A stretch of 64,000 nucleotides of DNA, from NCBI GenBank assembly GCA_011523785.1, contig WTFW01000083.1, forward strand, positions 9 through 64,008. The letters are read 5' to 3'. This DNA comes from Chloroflexota bacterium. Lineage in GTDB: Bacteria > Chloroflexota > UBA11872. Position numbers and translations under genes: made by a program. This document shows, one piece after another, positions 1-8,532 of the stretch. How positions within the stretch are numbered: the first letter of the stretch is position 1; every line of letters starts with the position of its first letter. The notes beneath the pieces were generated by a model. It was not told the origin of the DNA. It did no database searches and saw only the letters and a program-made list of their open reading frames with translations.

Positions 1-23
1 CCGAACCCCCTCTGGGGGTTCGG
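1..23. terminator. Perfect GC-rich hairpin at the window edge; possible terminator of a gene outside the window
   Basis: Read directly: ccgaaccccc-tct-gggggttcgg (10-bp stem, 3-nt loop). No U-tract follows on the + strand, so the role is uncertain. Confidence 0.3.
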
Positions 24-182
24 GCTGGCGAGAGATAGCTCCCCCTTCATCCCCCACGCGCACCTCGGCGCCCCACGCCCGTTCCAACGCCCCGCAAACC
101 CACCCTGGTCAGCGCACCCGCTCAACTGGCTGCGGAGAATCCCCACGGCGCCACATCCACGCCTGCGCCGTTACCATGACCG

Positions 183-1541
183 GTGACGAGACCAGCCAAA
201 TCTCCTGCCGTCATGCTCGACACCCTCATGTCCGTCGACGAGGCGATCTTCACGCGCCGGACCTGCCGCAAGTTCCGCAAGGACCCCGTGTCGCCCGAAG
301 TCCTCACCAAGATCATCGACGCCGCCCGCTACGCCCCCAGCTCCTGCAACCTGCAGCTCTGGGACTTCGTCCTCGTCAACGACCCCGAGACCAAGGCCGA
401 AGTCGCCGAAGAAACCCGCTACGTCCACCTCGCCCCCGTCTCGCTCTTCGTCTCCTACGGCAACAACTACACCCGCGAAAACTACGCCTGGGTCCAGAGC
501 GCCGCCGCCGCCATCCAGAACATGATGCTCATGGCCCACAGCCTCGGCGTGGCCAGCTGCTGGGTCGACACCCTGGGCGATGTCGACCGCATCCGCCGAA
601 TCCTGGGCCTGCCGAGCGAACGCGAAATCCTGGCCCTCGTCCTCTTCGGCTACCCCGAACTCATCCCCAAGGCCCCCCGCCGCCGCGCCATCGACATCCT
701 GCTGCACTACGACAAGTACAAGGGCCGCCTCAACTGGCCCAGCAGCGACGACCCCGAGGAATGGACCCTCGAACAGATCCGCGACTTCCAGATGGCCAAA
801 ATCCGCAACGGCGCCCGCTACAACAAACCCGTCCCCTCCGAACGCGACGCCGTCCTCCAGGCCCTTGGCGAATTCGTCGACGTCCAGGACGGCCGCTGGC
901 TGGACGTCCTGCCCCTCACCGGCCTCTACACCGAAGAAATCGCGTCCAGATACCCCAAAGTCGACCTCACCTTCGCCGAAATGACCGACCAGGTCTTCGA
1001 ATTCGTCCAGGACCGCGCCCCCCGCACCCTTCGCCACGAGCTCTACCCCGACGCCTTCCACGAAGGCCCCGAGGGCTACGACGTGATGTCCCTGATCTTC
1101 CGCCTCGAGGGCTATCCCCGCGACGAGCGGCGCCAGTACCTCACCACCATGCGGCGCCGCATCAAGGACGACGGCCAACTCTTCCTGGCCTTCGTCAACC
1201 GCCGCTCCTACCACCGCCCGCTGCGCTGGATGCGCGGACGCATCGGCCACTCCGGCGTCGAATACGCCCTGGCGCCGGACCCCAGCCTCGGCCCCTTCAA
1301 GGCCGTCACTCCCGGCGAAATCCGCGCCGACCTCCACGCCACTGGCTGGCGCGTACGCGACCGCCGCCACTATTTCGCGGTTCCCCCTTCCGACGAGATC
1401 GAGTTCCGCGCCGGCCGCAAAGGCCGCAAAGTCAAACTCGCCGGCCAGGCCCTCACCCGAATCAGCCAGCTGTTACAACCGGTGGGCCCCGTCCTCGGTC
1501 CCGTCGCCCGCGTCCACGCCTGGGACGTCATCCCGGCCTGA
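183..1541 (+). CDS. Nitroreductase-family protein fused to a C-terminal methyltransferase-like domain with a degenerate SAM loop
   Basis: 452-aa ORF. The N-terminus has nitroreductase motifs (RRTCRKF..DPV, APSSCNLQLWDFVLV). The C-terminal ~250 aa looks Rossmann/methyltransferase-like (WLDVLPLTGLY replaces the usual GxGxG). Confidence 0.8.
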   Translation: MTRPAKSPAVMLDTLMSVDEAIFTRRTCRKFRKDPVSPEVLTKIIDAARYAPSSCNLQLWDFVLVNDPETKAEVAEETRYVHLAPVSLFVSYGNNYTRENYAWVQSAAAAIQNMMLMAHSLGVASCWVDTLGDVDRIRRILGLPSEREILALVLFGYPELIPKAPRRRAIDILLHYDKYKGRLNWPSSDDPEEWTLEQIRDFQMAKIRNGARYNKPVPSERDAVLQALGEFVDVQDGRWLDVLPLTGLYTEEIASRYPKVDLTFAEMTDQVFEFVQDRAPRTLRHELYPDAFHEGPEGYDVMSLIFRLEGYPRDERRQYLTTMRRRIKDDGQLFLAFVNRRSYHRPLRWMRGRIGHSGVEYALAPDPSLGPFKAVTPGEIRADLHATGWRVRDRRHYFAVPPSDEIEFRAGRKGRKVKLAGQALTRISQLLQPVGPVLGPVARVHAWDVIPA

Positions 1542-1581
1542 AGCCGGCGCTACCGCGAGCCGCGCCGTATGCCGCGATGCG

Positions 1582-2322
1582 CTAAGGCTTGACCGCCGCT
1601 ATCACGATCGACGACCCGAGTGGAAGCCCGAGGATCCGGGCCAGTGCGGCTTCGGCGGTGGCCAGCCGGTAGAGCACCGCGTTCAGGCGCCCCGTGCGCA
1701 TCTGCGCGGCGTTGTTGGCTTGATTCGGTGGGACAACCCGAATGCTCTCGAGCAGGCGCAGTCCCAGCAGCCCGAACATCGACGGAATCGCGAAGAACGA
1801 GGTGTGTCGGATCCGAAAGCCGGCAGCCTGCACCAACTGTTCGAGATCGAGACGGGCATATCGCCGCAAATGCCCGAGATAGGCGTCGCGGCTTGTTCGC
1901 AACCACTCGTGCGCCGGGACAGCGAGGACGAGCACGCCGCCAGGCGTGAGAACGCGCAACGCCTCGTCGAGCGCGACGGTGTGCTCCTGGACGTGTTCCA
2001 GCACATCAACGCTCAGCACCGCGTCCAGGCTCGCCGTGGGAAACGGCAGCAGGCAGGCTGACGCCTTGGTGAAGCGCCCGCTGTCGAGTAGCGCCCCGGC
2101 CGTGCGGGCGTGTCCGGCGATCTGATAGTCCACCCCGAGCCGAATCCCCGCGGTGCCGAACCGGGCCAGCAACGCACCGTCCAGGGTGCCCACATCCAGC
2201 ACGCGACGGGCCGGTCCGCCGAGAGCGTCCTCGGTGAGGCGATGTATAAGATCGTGCCGCGACCGCACCCACCAGTTGGAGGCGGTGATCTGGGCGTAGA
2301 GATCGACGTATTCAGACTTCAC
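1582..2322 (-). CDS. Class I SAM-dependent methyltransferase
   Basis: Lies within ORF 1582..2457. Motifs VLDVGTLDG and LPFPTASLDAVLSVDVLEHV. The 2457 start is TTG and would overlap the upstream gene by 86 nt, so GTG at 2322 is preferred. The start remains uncertain. Confidence 0.8.
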   Translation of the reverse strand: MKSEYVDLYAQITASNWWVRSRHDLIHRLTEDALGGPARRVLDVGTLDGALLARFGTAGIRLGVDYQIAGHARTAGALLDSGRFTKASACLLPFPTASLDAVLSVDVLEHVQEHTVALDEALRVLTPGGVLVLAVPAHEWLRTSRDAYLGHLRRYARLDLEQLVQAAGFRIRHTSFFAIPSMFGLLGLRLLESIRVVPPNQANNAAQMRTGRLNAVLYRLATAEAALARILGLPLGSSIVIAAVKP

Positions 2323-2371
2323 GCGGATTCGGCCGGATACGGCAACCGCGCAGCCTAACCCGCCCTCGGCC

Positions 2372-4363
2372 TTAGGGCCGAACCTCGTAGATCGCTGCGG
2401 CGCCTGCCGGATCGCGAAAAACCTCGACAAAACGTCCGTCGGCGAGCTTGCCTTCAATTGCGGCCGCCTGGCCGGCCGTCAGCTGCGCCGGATCCACAAG
2501 CACGTAGCGGATGCCGAGCCGCCGCAGGGCGCCATCGGCAAGCTCCTGCTGCGCGCGCCAATAGGGCTGGCGGTATTGCTGAACGTGCGAAAGCACGTGG
2601 TAACCGTAGGGGATGAACTGACCGGTCGCCGCAGAGACGTCCAGGGTAATTCCAGGCCCTTGCGTGTCGTAGAGATTGATGGTGCTCTGCGCTCCATGGA
2701 CAGCCAACAGACGATCCTGCACTGCCGTCTCTCGAAGAAGGAAGTCGCGCGCGCCGATTGGAAGGCTTCCGGTGGTGGTGGGCGCTTGCGCCACCATGCG
2801 AGGCCAGGCAATAGCCGAGAGCACGAATGCCCCCGAAAGCACCAGAGCGGCGGTCGCTGTGCCGGTGGCCGCCAGCCGTCGCGGCATACCTGCTCGCGGC
2901 AGCGCTTCGGAGGCCACGATCGCCAAAGCGGGGACGGCCAACGTGAACCCCGCATGGGCTACGCGGTTCAGGTTTGGCGCGGATACATCTGCCCTAAAGA
3001 CCAGGACAACGGCTACATTTGCCGCTGCTATCAGTGCCCAGGGCGTGGCTCCGCTGGCGCCACGACGGTAGATCACCCAGCCCAGCGCCAGCGCCAGCAG
3101 CCAGAACAGCAGCCCCCCGTCGACCAGAAACTCCGCGCTCAGAATCGAGACGTCGCGCGTTCCAGGCTCGCCCGCCTCGAGCCATGGCCTGGATCGGTCG
3201 AATCCCCAACTCGAGAGCTGACCCGGATGCGTGAGATTTGGGGCGAGTTGCAAACGACCCAGGTCCGGATCGGCACGGAAGGCTCCAGCGAGAACCCCGC
3301 TTGTGGTTTGCGCGAGGACCAGGGCCAGGCCAGTTGCCCCCGCCAGCCCCAGCGAGCGCGCCAAAGAACGTCGAGCGACCAGCGGCCGTTGCGCCCAGAA
3401 CCAGAGACCCAGACTTGTCGGTATGGTGACCACCAGGAACTCACTGCTGGGAGCGAGGTAGACCAGCGCGGCTACAACAACCGTCCACGCCGATAGGGAG
3501 GGTGTCCGCACCATGGAAGTCACAGCCGCAGTCGTGACTAGGGCTGGAATGAGTCCGTGCAGCGCGGTCGGATTGTGGGTCGGCATAGTGAAAGGACCGC
3601 CCAGGAACAGCCCGCTCCATGCAATGGAGTCGGGCGCAGCTACGATCACACCTAGCACGTCCCCCAGGCCCCGCTCCTTGATCGCCGCGGGGGTGAGCAT
3701 CCAGTAGAGCGGCCCCCAGGCGTAGGCCACGGCTGCGCCGCCCAGCGCCCATGCCGAGCCAATTTGCCCGGCCAGCACCCCGTACAGCGTCAGCACCAGC
3801 ACGACCGCCACCGACGCAACCAGGTGCGGCATCACCGTCGGCGTCAGCACGTCCAGCAGGTCCACGGCGCCAGCGCCCAGCGTGTGCAGCGTGACTCGGT
3901 ACTGGAGATCGAAGGCCGGCTCGAACGGATTGACCACTGGGAAGTTGCCGCGAGCAATCCCGGCCACCAGCCCGCTGTGCAGGTAAAGCGTGCCTACATC
4001 CGCTCGCCCCACGGTTCCCTCGGCCCAGAACGCCAGCGCCGAGACATAGACCAGCAGGCTTATGACCGCCACGGCGGCAACCGCGAGGCGGCCGTCCTGG
4101 CTCGGCTCGGCCGCCGGTCGACGCCGCAGGGCCAGCGCGCCGAGGGCGCACGAGACACCAGCCATCAGGAGCGCGGTCCCCGCCGGCATAACCCGCGGCA
4201 GCCAGAGCAGCGGCAGCCCCAGGGCCACCAGCCCGATCCCACTGCCCAGCGAGGCTCGGCTCAGCCGGGTGGGCGATGCCAACACGCCGGCGGCTACGCG
4301 GTATCCCAGCGCGCCGGCGGCGCCGAGGCACAAGATCAGCGCGGGCAAACTGAGCCAGATCAT
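2372..4363 (-). CDS. Large polytopic membrane protein with a C-terminal soluble domain; GT-C-like glycosyltransferase candidate
   Basis: 663-aa ORF with many hydrophobic segments across ~520 aa, then a ~130-aa non-hydrophobic tail. Divergent from a GT2 polyprenyl-phosphate glycosyltransferase gene. The function is inferred from architecture and context only. Confidence 0.6.
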   Translation of the reverse strand: MIWLSLPALILCLGAAGALGYRVAAGVLASPTRLSRASLGSGIGLVALGLPLLWLPRVMPAGTALLMAGVSCALGALALRRRPAAEPSQDGRLAVAAVAVISLLVYVSALAFWAEGTVGRADVGTLYLHSGLVAGIARGNFPVVNPFEPAFDLQYRVTLHTLGAGAVDLLDVLTPTVMPHLVASVAVVLVLTLYGVLAGQIGSAWALGGAAVAYAWGPLYWMLTPAAIKERGLGDVLGVIVAAPDSIAWSGLFLGGPFTMPTHNPTALHGLIPALVTTAAVTSMVRTPSLSAWTVVVAALVYLAPSSEFLVVTIPTSLGLWFWAQRPLVARRSLARSLGLAGATGLALVLAQTTSGVLAGAFRADPDLGRLQLAPNLTHPGQLSSWGFDRSRPWLEAGEPGTRDVSILSAEFLVDGGLLFWLLALALGWVIYRRGASGATPWALIAAANVAVVLVFRADVSAPNLNRVAHAGFTLAVPALAIVASEALPRAGMPRRLAATGTATAALVLSGAFVLSAIAWPRMVAQAPTTTGSLPIGARDFLLRETAVQDRLLAVHGAQSTINLYDTQGPGITLDVSAATGQFIPYGYHVLSHVQQYRQPYWRAQQELADGALRRLGIRYVLVDPAQLTAGQAAAIEGKLADGRFVEVFRDPAGAAAIYEVRP

Positions 4364-4484
4364 TGTCCGGGAGTGTGGCGAGGCGACTCGCAGACCGCAA
4401 TGGCCGGCGAGCGCTCGCCTAAACTGCGCGGGTTCGTGGCGCTGACGGTACGGCGTGACACGTGATTGGTGATGCTCCGCCGTC

Positions 4485-5276
4485 GTGGACCCGGCAAGGG
4501 TCGAGATGCGCCGTCACGCAATCGAAATGGCCTCCATGCTTCTGACCATTGTGGTACCGGCTTTCAACGAGGCCGAGCGCCTCGGGCGCACCCTCCCGCG
4601 AGTTCTCGCCTGGCTGGAGATGTTCCCTGAAGGCGGACGACTTCTGGTGGTTGACGATGGCAGCACCGACGCCACTGGCGATGCCGTTCGCGCGCGGATG
4701 CCCGCCCATCCCAGCCTTGATCTCATCACACTCTCGCGCCAGAGCGGTAAGGGAGCGGCCGTGCGGGCGGGCATGCTGGCCGCGACCACGGGAGTCGTGG
4801 GCTTTATGGACGCCGATCTCTCAACCGACCTCCGGCACCTGGCGGACGCGGTGAGCGCCATTCAGAACGGCGCCGACGTGCTAATTGGCTCTCGGGCGCT
4901 ACACCAGAGTGAAGTCGTGGTGCGGCAGCCCGCCTATCGACGGGTCGGGGCGCGCATCTTTCGTGAGTTGGCGCGCCAGGTCGGGGGACTGCCGGATACG
5001 CCTGACCCGCAATGCGGGTTTAAGTTCTTTCGGGGACCCGTTGCGCACGACCTGTTCACCTCAACGGTGATCGACCGCTGGATGTTCGACCTGGAGGTGC
5101 TACGGCTGGCGCGCCATCGTGGCTACAACGTCCGGCAGTTGCCGGTCGACTGGACCAACGACCCTGACTCGCGCCTGCGTTTGACCGTGGACACGCTGCG
5201 CATGGTCCGTGACCTCGCTCGTATCCGCTGGCGATTCGTCGTTGGCCGCTACGGCCCGTCCAGGCGACCTGTCTAA
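4485..5276 (+). CDS. Family 2 glycosyltransferase, polyprenyl/dolichyl-phosphate hexosyltransferase-like
   Basis: LTIVVPAFNEAERL, VVDDGSTDAT, FMDADLS (DxD) and QCGFKFF motifs. The start could instead be ATG at 4527 or 4536. Confidence 0.88.
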   Translation: MDPARVEMRRHAIEMASMLLTIVVPAFNEAERLGRTLPRVLAWLEMFPEGGRLLVVDDGSTDATGDAVRARMPAHPSLDLITLSRQSGKGAAVRAGMLAATTGVVGFMDADLSTDLRHLADAVSAIQNGADVLIGSRALHQSEVVVRQPAYRRVGARIFRELARQVGGLPDTPDPQCGFKFFRGPVAHDLFTSTVIDRWMFDLEVLRLARHRGYNVRQLPVDWTNDPDSRLRLTVDTLRMVRDLARIRWRFVVGRYGPSRRPV

Positions 5277-5344
5277 AGTCGGCTCATGCAAACCTCAAAA
5301 CCATCACGCGGCGCCTCCGGGCACGGCCGGGCCGCCTAACCATC

Positions 5345-6028
5345 ATGGGTGACTTGCTCACCGCCACGCGCGAATTCCTGCTGGAGTTTCTGGAAGCCAA
5401 TCAGTATCTGGCGCTGGCCATTTACGTCGGAGTGGAAGAAGCCGGCGTTCCGTTTCCGGTGCCGGCCGACACCGCCATCGTCTTGATGGGCTATCAGGTC
5501 TACCGCGGCGTAGCTAATCCGGTCGCGGTGGTGGCTACCGTCGTCGTATCGGCGACCGCCGGTGCGTCAGTTCTCTATTGGCTGGCGCGCCTGATCGGTC
5601 CGCGCCTCATAACCCGGTTCGGTCGGGCGCTCCACATCACCCCGGAGCGGCGCGAACGCGCCGAGCGCTGGATTCACCGCTACGAAGTGCCAGCCGTGGT
5701 TATTGGTCGGCTGATTCCCGGTTTCCGCATCGTCATTACCGTCGTGGCCGGGGCGGCGCGAGCCAGCTTCTGGAAATTCCTTCCATCGGCCGCGCTGTCG
5801 GCGCTGATCTGGGCCCTCATCTACATGGGCATTGGCTGGGGGCTGGGAGATCAGTACCAGCGCGTCGCGTCGGCTGTCGAAGCCGATCCACGCGTCGGGT
5901 TTGGGATTGTTCTGGCGGCAGTCGTGATGGTCGGCACGCTCGTCGGGTTCAGGCTGCGTCGGCGCCTGTTCCGTCGGTTGCGACGGCGCGAGCCCGAGGA
6001 CGACGGTTCCCCGCCACCTCCGGCCTAA
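5345..6028 (+). CDS. DedA-family membrane protein
   Basis: 227 aa with GVPFPVPADT and RLIPGFRIVITVVAG motifs typical of the DedA/SNARE-associated family, plus several TM segments. Confidence 0.85.
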   Translation: MGDLLTATREFLLEFLEANQYLALAIYVGVEEAGVPFPVPADTAIVLMGYQVYRGVANPVAVVATVVVSATAGASVLYWLARLIGPRLITRFGRALHITPERRERAERWIHRYEVPAVVIGRLIPGFRIVITVVAGAARASFWKFLPSAALSALIWALIYMGIGWGLGDQYQRVASAVEADPRVGFGIVLAAVVMVGTLVGFRLRRRLFRRLRRREPEDDGSPPPPA

Positions 6029-6435
6029 GTTGCGGTTCGCTCCGCCTCGCTCAGCCGTCCGTTGCGTCCAACCACCCGCTTGATCAGCGTCAGCCAGCTT
6101 GAGGTGCCCTGACCGCGCCAGTCGAGGTCGTCCTGCAGCTTCATCAGCCGATCCATGCGGCCCAGCCGCTCGGCCCGCTCGTAGATGCGCAGCCACACGC
6201 AGGGCAGGGTCGGGTCGGTCTCGCACATGCCGTAGATATCGGTCCCGCCGCACGGGCCGTCCCGCAGCCCCTTGGGACAGGCCATCGGACAGATGAACGC
6301 CGTGTCCTGCAGGATGCAGTGGCCGCACATCTGGCAGCCGAACAGCGGCCGCTTGACCAGGCGCTCGACCAGCGTGAATGCCTGCACAGGGGCGTCGCGC
6401 AGCGCGCGTTGGGCGGTGACCTGGGTTAAGTTCAC
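6025..6435 (-). CDS. Small Cys-rich protein resembling the methylenetetrahydrofolate reductase C-terminal (MetV-like) domain
   Basis: 136 aa with the cysteine pattern CQMCGHCILQDTAFICPMACPKGLRDGPCGG. No MetF-like partner gene is adjacent. Confidence 0.65.
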   Translation of the reverse strand: MNLTQVTAQRALRDAPVQAFTLVERLVKRPLFGCQMCGHCILQDTAFICPMACPKGLRDGPCGGTDIYGMCETDPTLPCVWLRIYERAERLGRMDRLMKLQDDLDWRGQGTSSWLTLIKRVVGRNGRLSEAERTAT

Positions 6436-6504
6436 GACGAAAGGGAGCCTGCCGGCGAGTTCCGGTGATTAAGTATATGGCGGATGCTGGTGGGTTCTGC
6501 GGCC

Positions 6505-7092
6505 TCAGGTCGAGGCCCCACTCTGTCCGGCGCCCGCCGCTGGCCGCACCGTCGGCGGGGTGAGCCGGCGCTCGGGAATGAGCAGGCGACGTCCAACGAA
6601 GAGCTGCGACGGGTCGGTGATCTCATTAGTCGTCGCCAGGTCCTCCACGGTTACGTCCAGCTCCTGCGAAATCGCATACAGCGTGTCGCCAGCCTTTACG
6701 ACGTAGACATCGTCCGCCCCGCCCCCACCGGCGGCTGGCGAGTCGGCCTGCACGCGTTCGCCCGGCTGCGGCAACTGGAGCTTCTGTCCCACAAAGATGT
6801 TGTTGGGATCGGCCAGTTCATTCTTGGACTGCAGATCTTCCACGGTGATCCCAAATCGCTCGGCGATGCCGAGCAACGTATCGCCTGCCTGCACCGTATA
6901 CGTCTGGGGCGCCGGCGTGGGTGTGGGAGTCGCCGCAGGTGTGGGCGTCGGACTTGGCGTCGGCGACGCCGCGCTCTCGGGGGTCGCCGTGGGCGTCTCG
7001 GCCAGCAGGCCCACGCTGCCGTCCTCCGTCGCCTGGGTGTACAAGACATACGCCACGACGCCCAGGATCAGAAGCCCGAGCACTCCCAGCAC
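6505..7092 (-). CDS. Membrane-anchored protein with two LysM peptidoglycan-binding domains and a PT-rich linker
   Basis: N-terminal TM segment, TPTATPESAASPTPSPTPTPAATPTPTPAP linker, and two LysM repeats (YTVQAGDTLLGIAERFG..., YVVKAGDTLYAISQELD...). Confidence 0.9.
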   Translation of the reverse strand: MLGVLGLLILGVVAYVLYTQATEDGSVGLLAETPTATPESAASPTPSPTPTPAATPTPTPAPQTYTVQAGDTLLGIAERFGITVEDLQSKNELADPNNIFVGQKLQLPQPGERVQADSPAAGGGGADDVYVVKAGDTLYAISQELDVTVEDLATTNEITDPSQLFVGRRLLIPERRLTPPTVRPAAGAGQSGAST

Positions 7093-7220
7093 TAGCTCAC
7101 GGCGCGAACTGTCCAGCCCTGCACACCTCCGGCGCTTTCGGGTGAAAAACCCTTCATGCGGCTAGTGGACTCGCCGCGAGTATAGGGGTGCGCCGGCCCA
7201 TTCGGACGTACCATACGCGT

Positions 7221-7946
7221 ATGCAGGCGCTAGTACTCGCCGCAGGCTGGGCCACGCGGCTGGGAACCATCACCGGCGGCGGCCCAAAGCATCTCCTGCC
7301 CATCGGGTCCCGCACCGTTATCGACTTCGTGCTCGACCGCCTCGGCGCGGTTCCCGAGATTGAGCACGTCACGGTCATTACCCACCATGTGTTCTTTCCC
7401 TTGTTCATGGAGTGGGCGGCGGCGCGGCCGGGCCGACCGCCCGTCTCCGTCATGAGCGATGGCACCACTTCCCTGGACACACGACTCGGCGCCGTGGGCG
7501 ACATGGCTTACTTCATCCAGGAGTCAGGCATCGACGACGACCTGCTCGTCGTCGCGGGGGACAACCTGTTTGACTTCGATCTCGCCTCTGTTGCAAGAAC
7601 CGCGCGGCACGACTTTGTCGTGGGACTGTATGACTGCGGATCGTTGAAGCTGGCCCCGCTCTATGGCGTGGTTGAGATTGAGGACGGCGTTGTGACGAGC
7701 TTCGTCGAAAAGCCGGAGCATCCCCGCAGCACCCTAATCTCAACGGTTGTGTATGGGATCCCGCGCCAGCGACTTGGAGTTGTGCAGGCTTACCTGGAAG
7801 CCGGCGGTGACCCGGACAAGTCCGGCGACCTGATTGCCTGGCTGCACACGCGCGAACGGATCTTCGGCCAGGTGTTCTCGGGCCGCTGGATCGACATTGG
7901 CAGTCCCGATGAGTACGCGCGCGCCCAAGCCGAATTCGGCGGGTGA
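7221..7946 (+). CDS. Sugar-phosphate nucleotidyltransferase (NTP-transferase domain)
   Basis: MQALVLAAGWATRLG N-terminus (G-x-G-T-R-L signature). ATG at 7221 lies within ORF 7188..7946. Confidence 0.85.
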   Translation: MQALVLAAGWATRLGTITGGGPKHLLPIGSRTVIDFVLDRLGAVPEIEHVTVITHHVFFPLFMEWAAARPGRPPVSVMSDGTTSLDTRLGAVGDMAYFIQESGIDDDLLVVAGDNLFDFDLASVARTARHDFVVGLYDCGSLKLAPLYGVVEIEDGVVTSFVEKPEHPRSTLISTVVYGIPRQRLGVVQAYLEAGGDPDKSGDLIAWLHTRERIFGQVFSGRWIDIGSPDEYARAQAEFGG

Positions 7947-7983
7947 CGCGGCCGCCGCTCCTCGCTGAGGTGCCGACCCTCCA

Positions 7984-8532
7984 ATGAGCGTCGTCCTGGC
8001 GTTGGCGCTCGGCATCTCCAGCGGGCTGAATCCCTACGTCACCGTGGCCATCACCTCCATCGTCGCGGCGCGATCCGACTTGCTGACGCCCGCCGCGGCG
8101 TTCGCATTCGTTGCCTCGACTGGGATGTTCGTGGGTGCGCTGCTGCTGCTGCCCATTGACATCTTCGCCGACAAGTTTCCGGGCAGCGGTGGCCTCATGG
8201 ACCGCCTTGGCTGGGTGATTCGCCCCGTCGCCGGCGGCATTGTCGGCGGGACAGCCATGGCCACGGCCGGCCCCGGCGTGATCCTGGGGCTCGCGCTCGG
8301 CGCATTCGCGGCGCTGGCGACCCACGCGCTGCGACTGCGCACCCGTCGCCGTGTCCAGTGGCGGATGTTCGGCTTCGGCCGGATCGTCTTCGGCGCCTAC
8401 GGCGACTTCGGGAGCGGCATCGTCGCCATGATCGCCCTGCTCACGCCCCCGCTGGGACTCGCCATCGCCGCGAGCCTGATCATGGCGGCGGTATTGGTGG
8501 ACCGCCGCTGGGGTGGCGAGGCGCCGACTTAG
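7984..8532 (+). CDS. DUF4126-family membrane protein
   Basis: 182 aa, hydrophobic and Gly/Ala-rich. The N-terminus LALALGISSGLNPYVTVAITS is typical of DUF4126. Confidence 0.75.
   Translation: MSVVLALALGISSGLNPYVTVAITSIVAARSDLLTPAAAFAFVASTGMFVGALLLLPIDIFADKFPGSGGLMDRLGWVIRPVAGGIVGGTAMATAGPGVILGLALGAFAALATHALRLRTRRRVQWRMFGFGRIVFGAYGDFGSGIVAMIALLTPPLGLAIAASLIMAAVLVDRRWGGEAPT

Noticed and set aside
171-1370. 399-aa ORF antisense to the nitroreductase gene
   Set aside because: Its Gly/Ala/Val/Asp-rich composition is typical of shadow frames in high-G+C DNA. The sense strand has clear family motifs.
8480-8532. 53-nt convergent overlap of the PabB-like and DUF4126 genes (and the 40-nt overlap at 60686..60725) as a sign of error or regulation
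   Set aside because: Both are most simply explained by non-conserved C-terminal read-through tails in GC-rich sequence with few stop codons. There is no further evidence.
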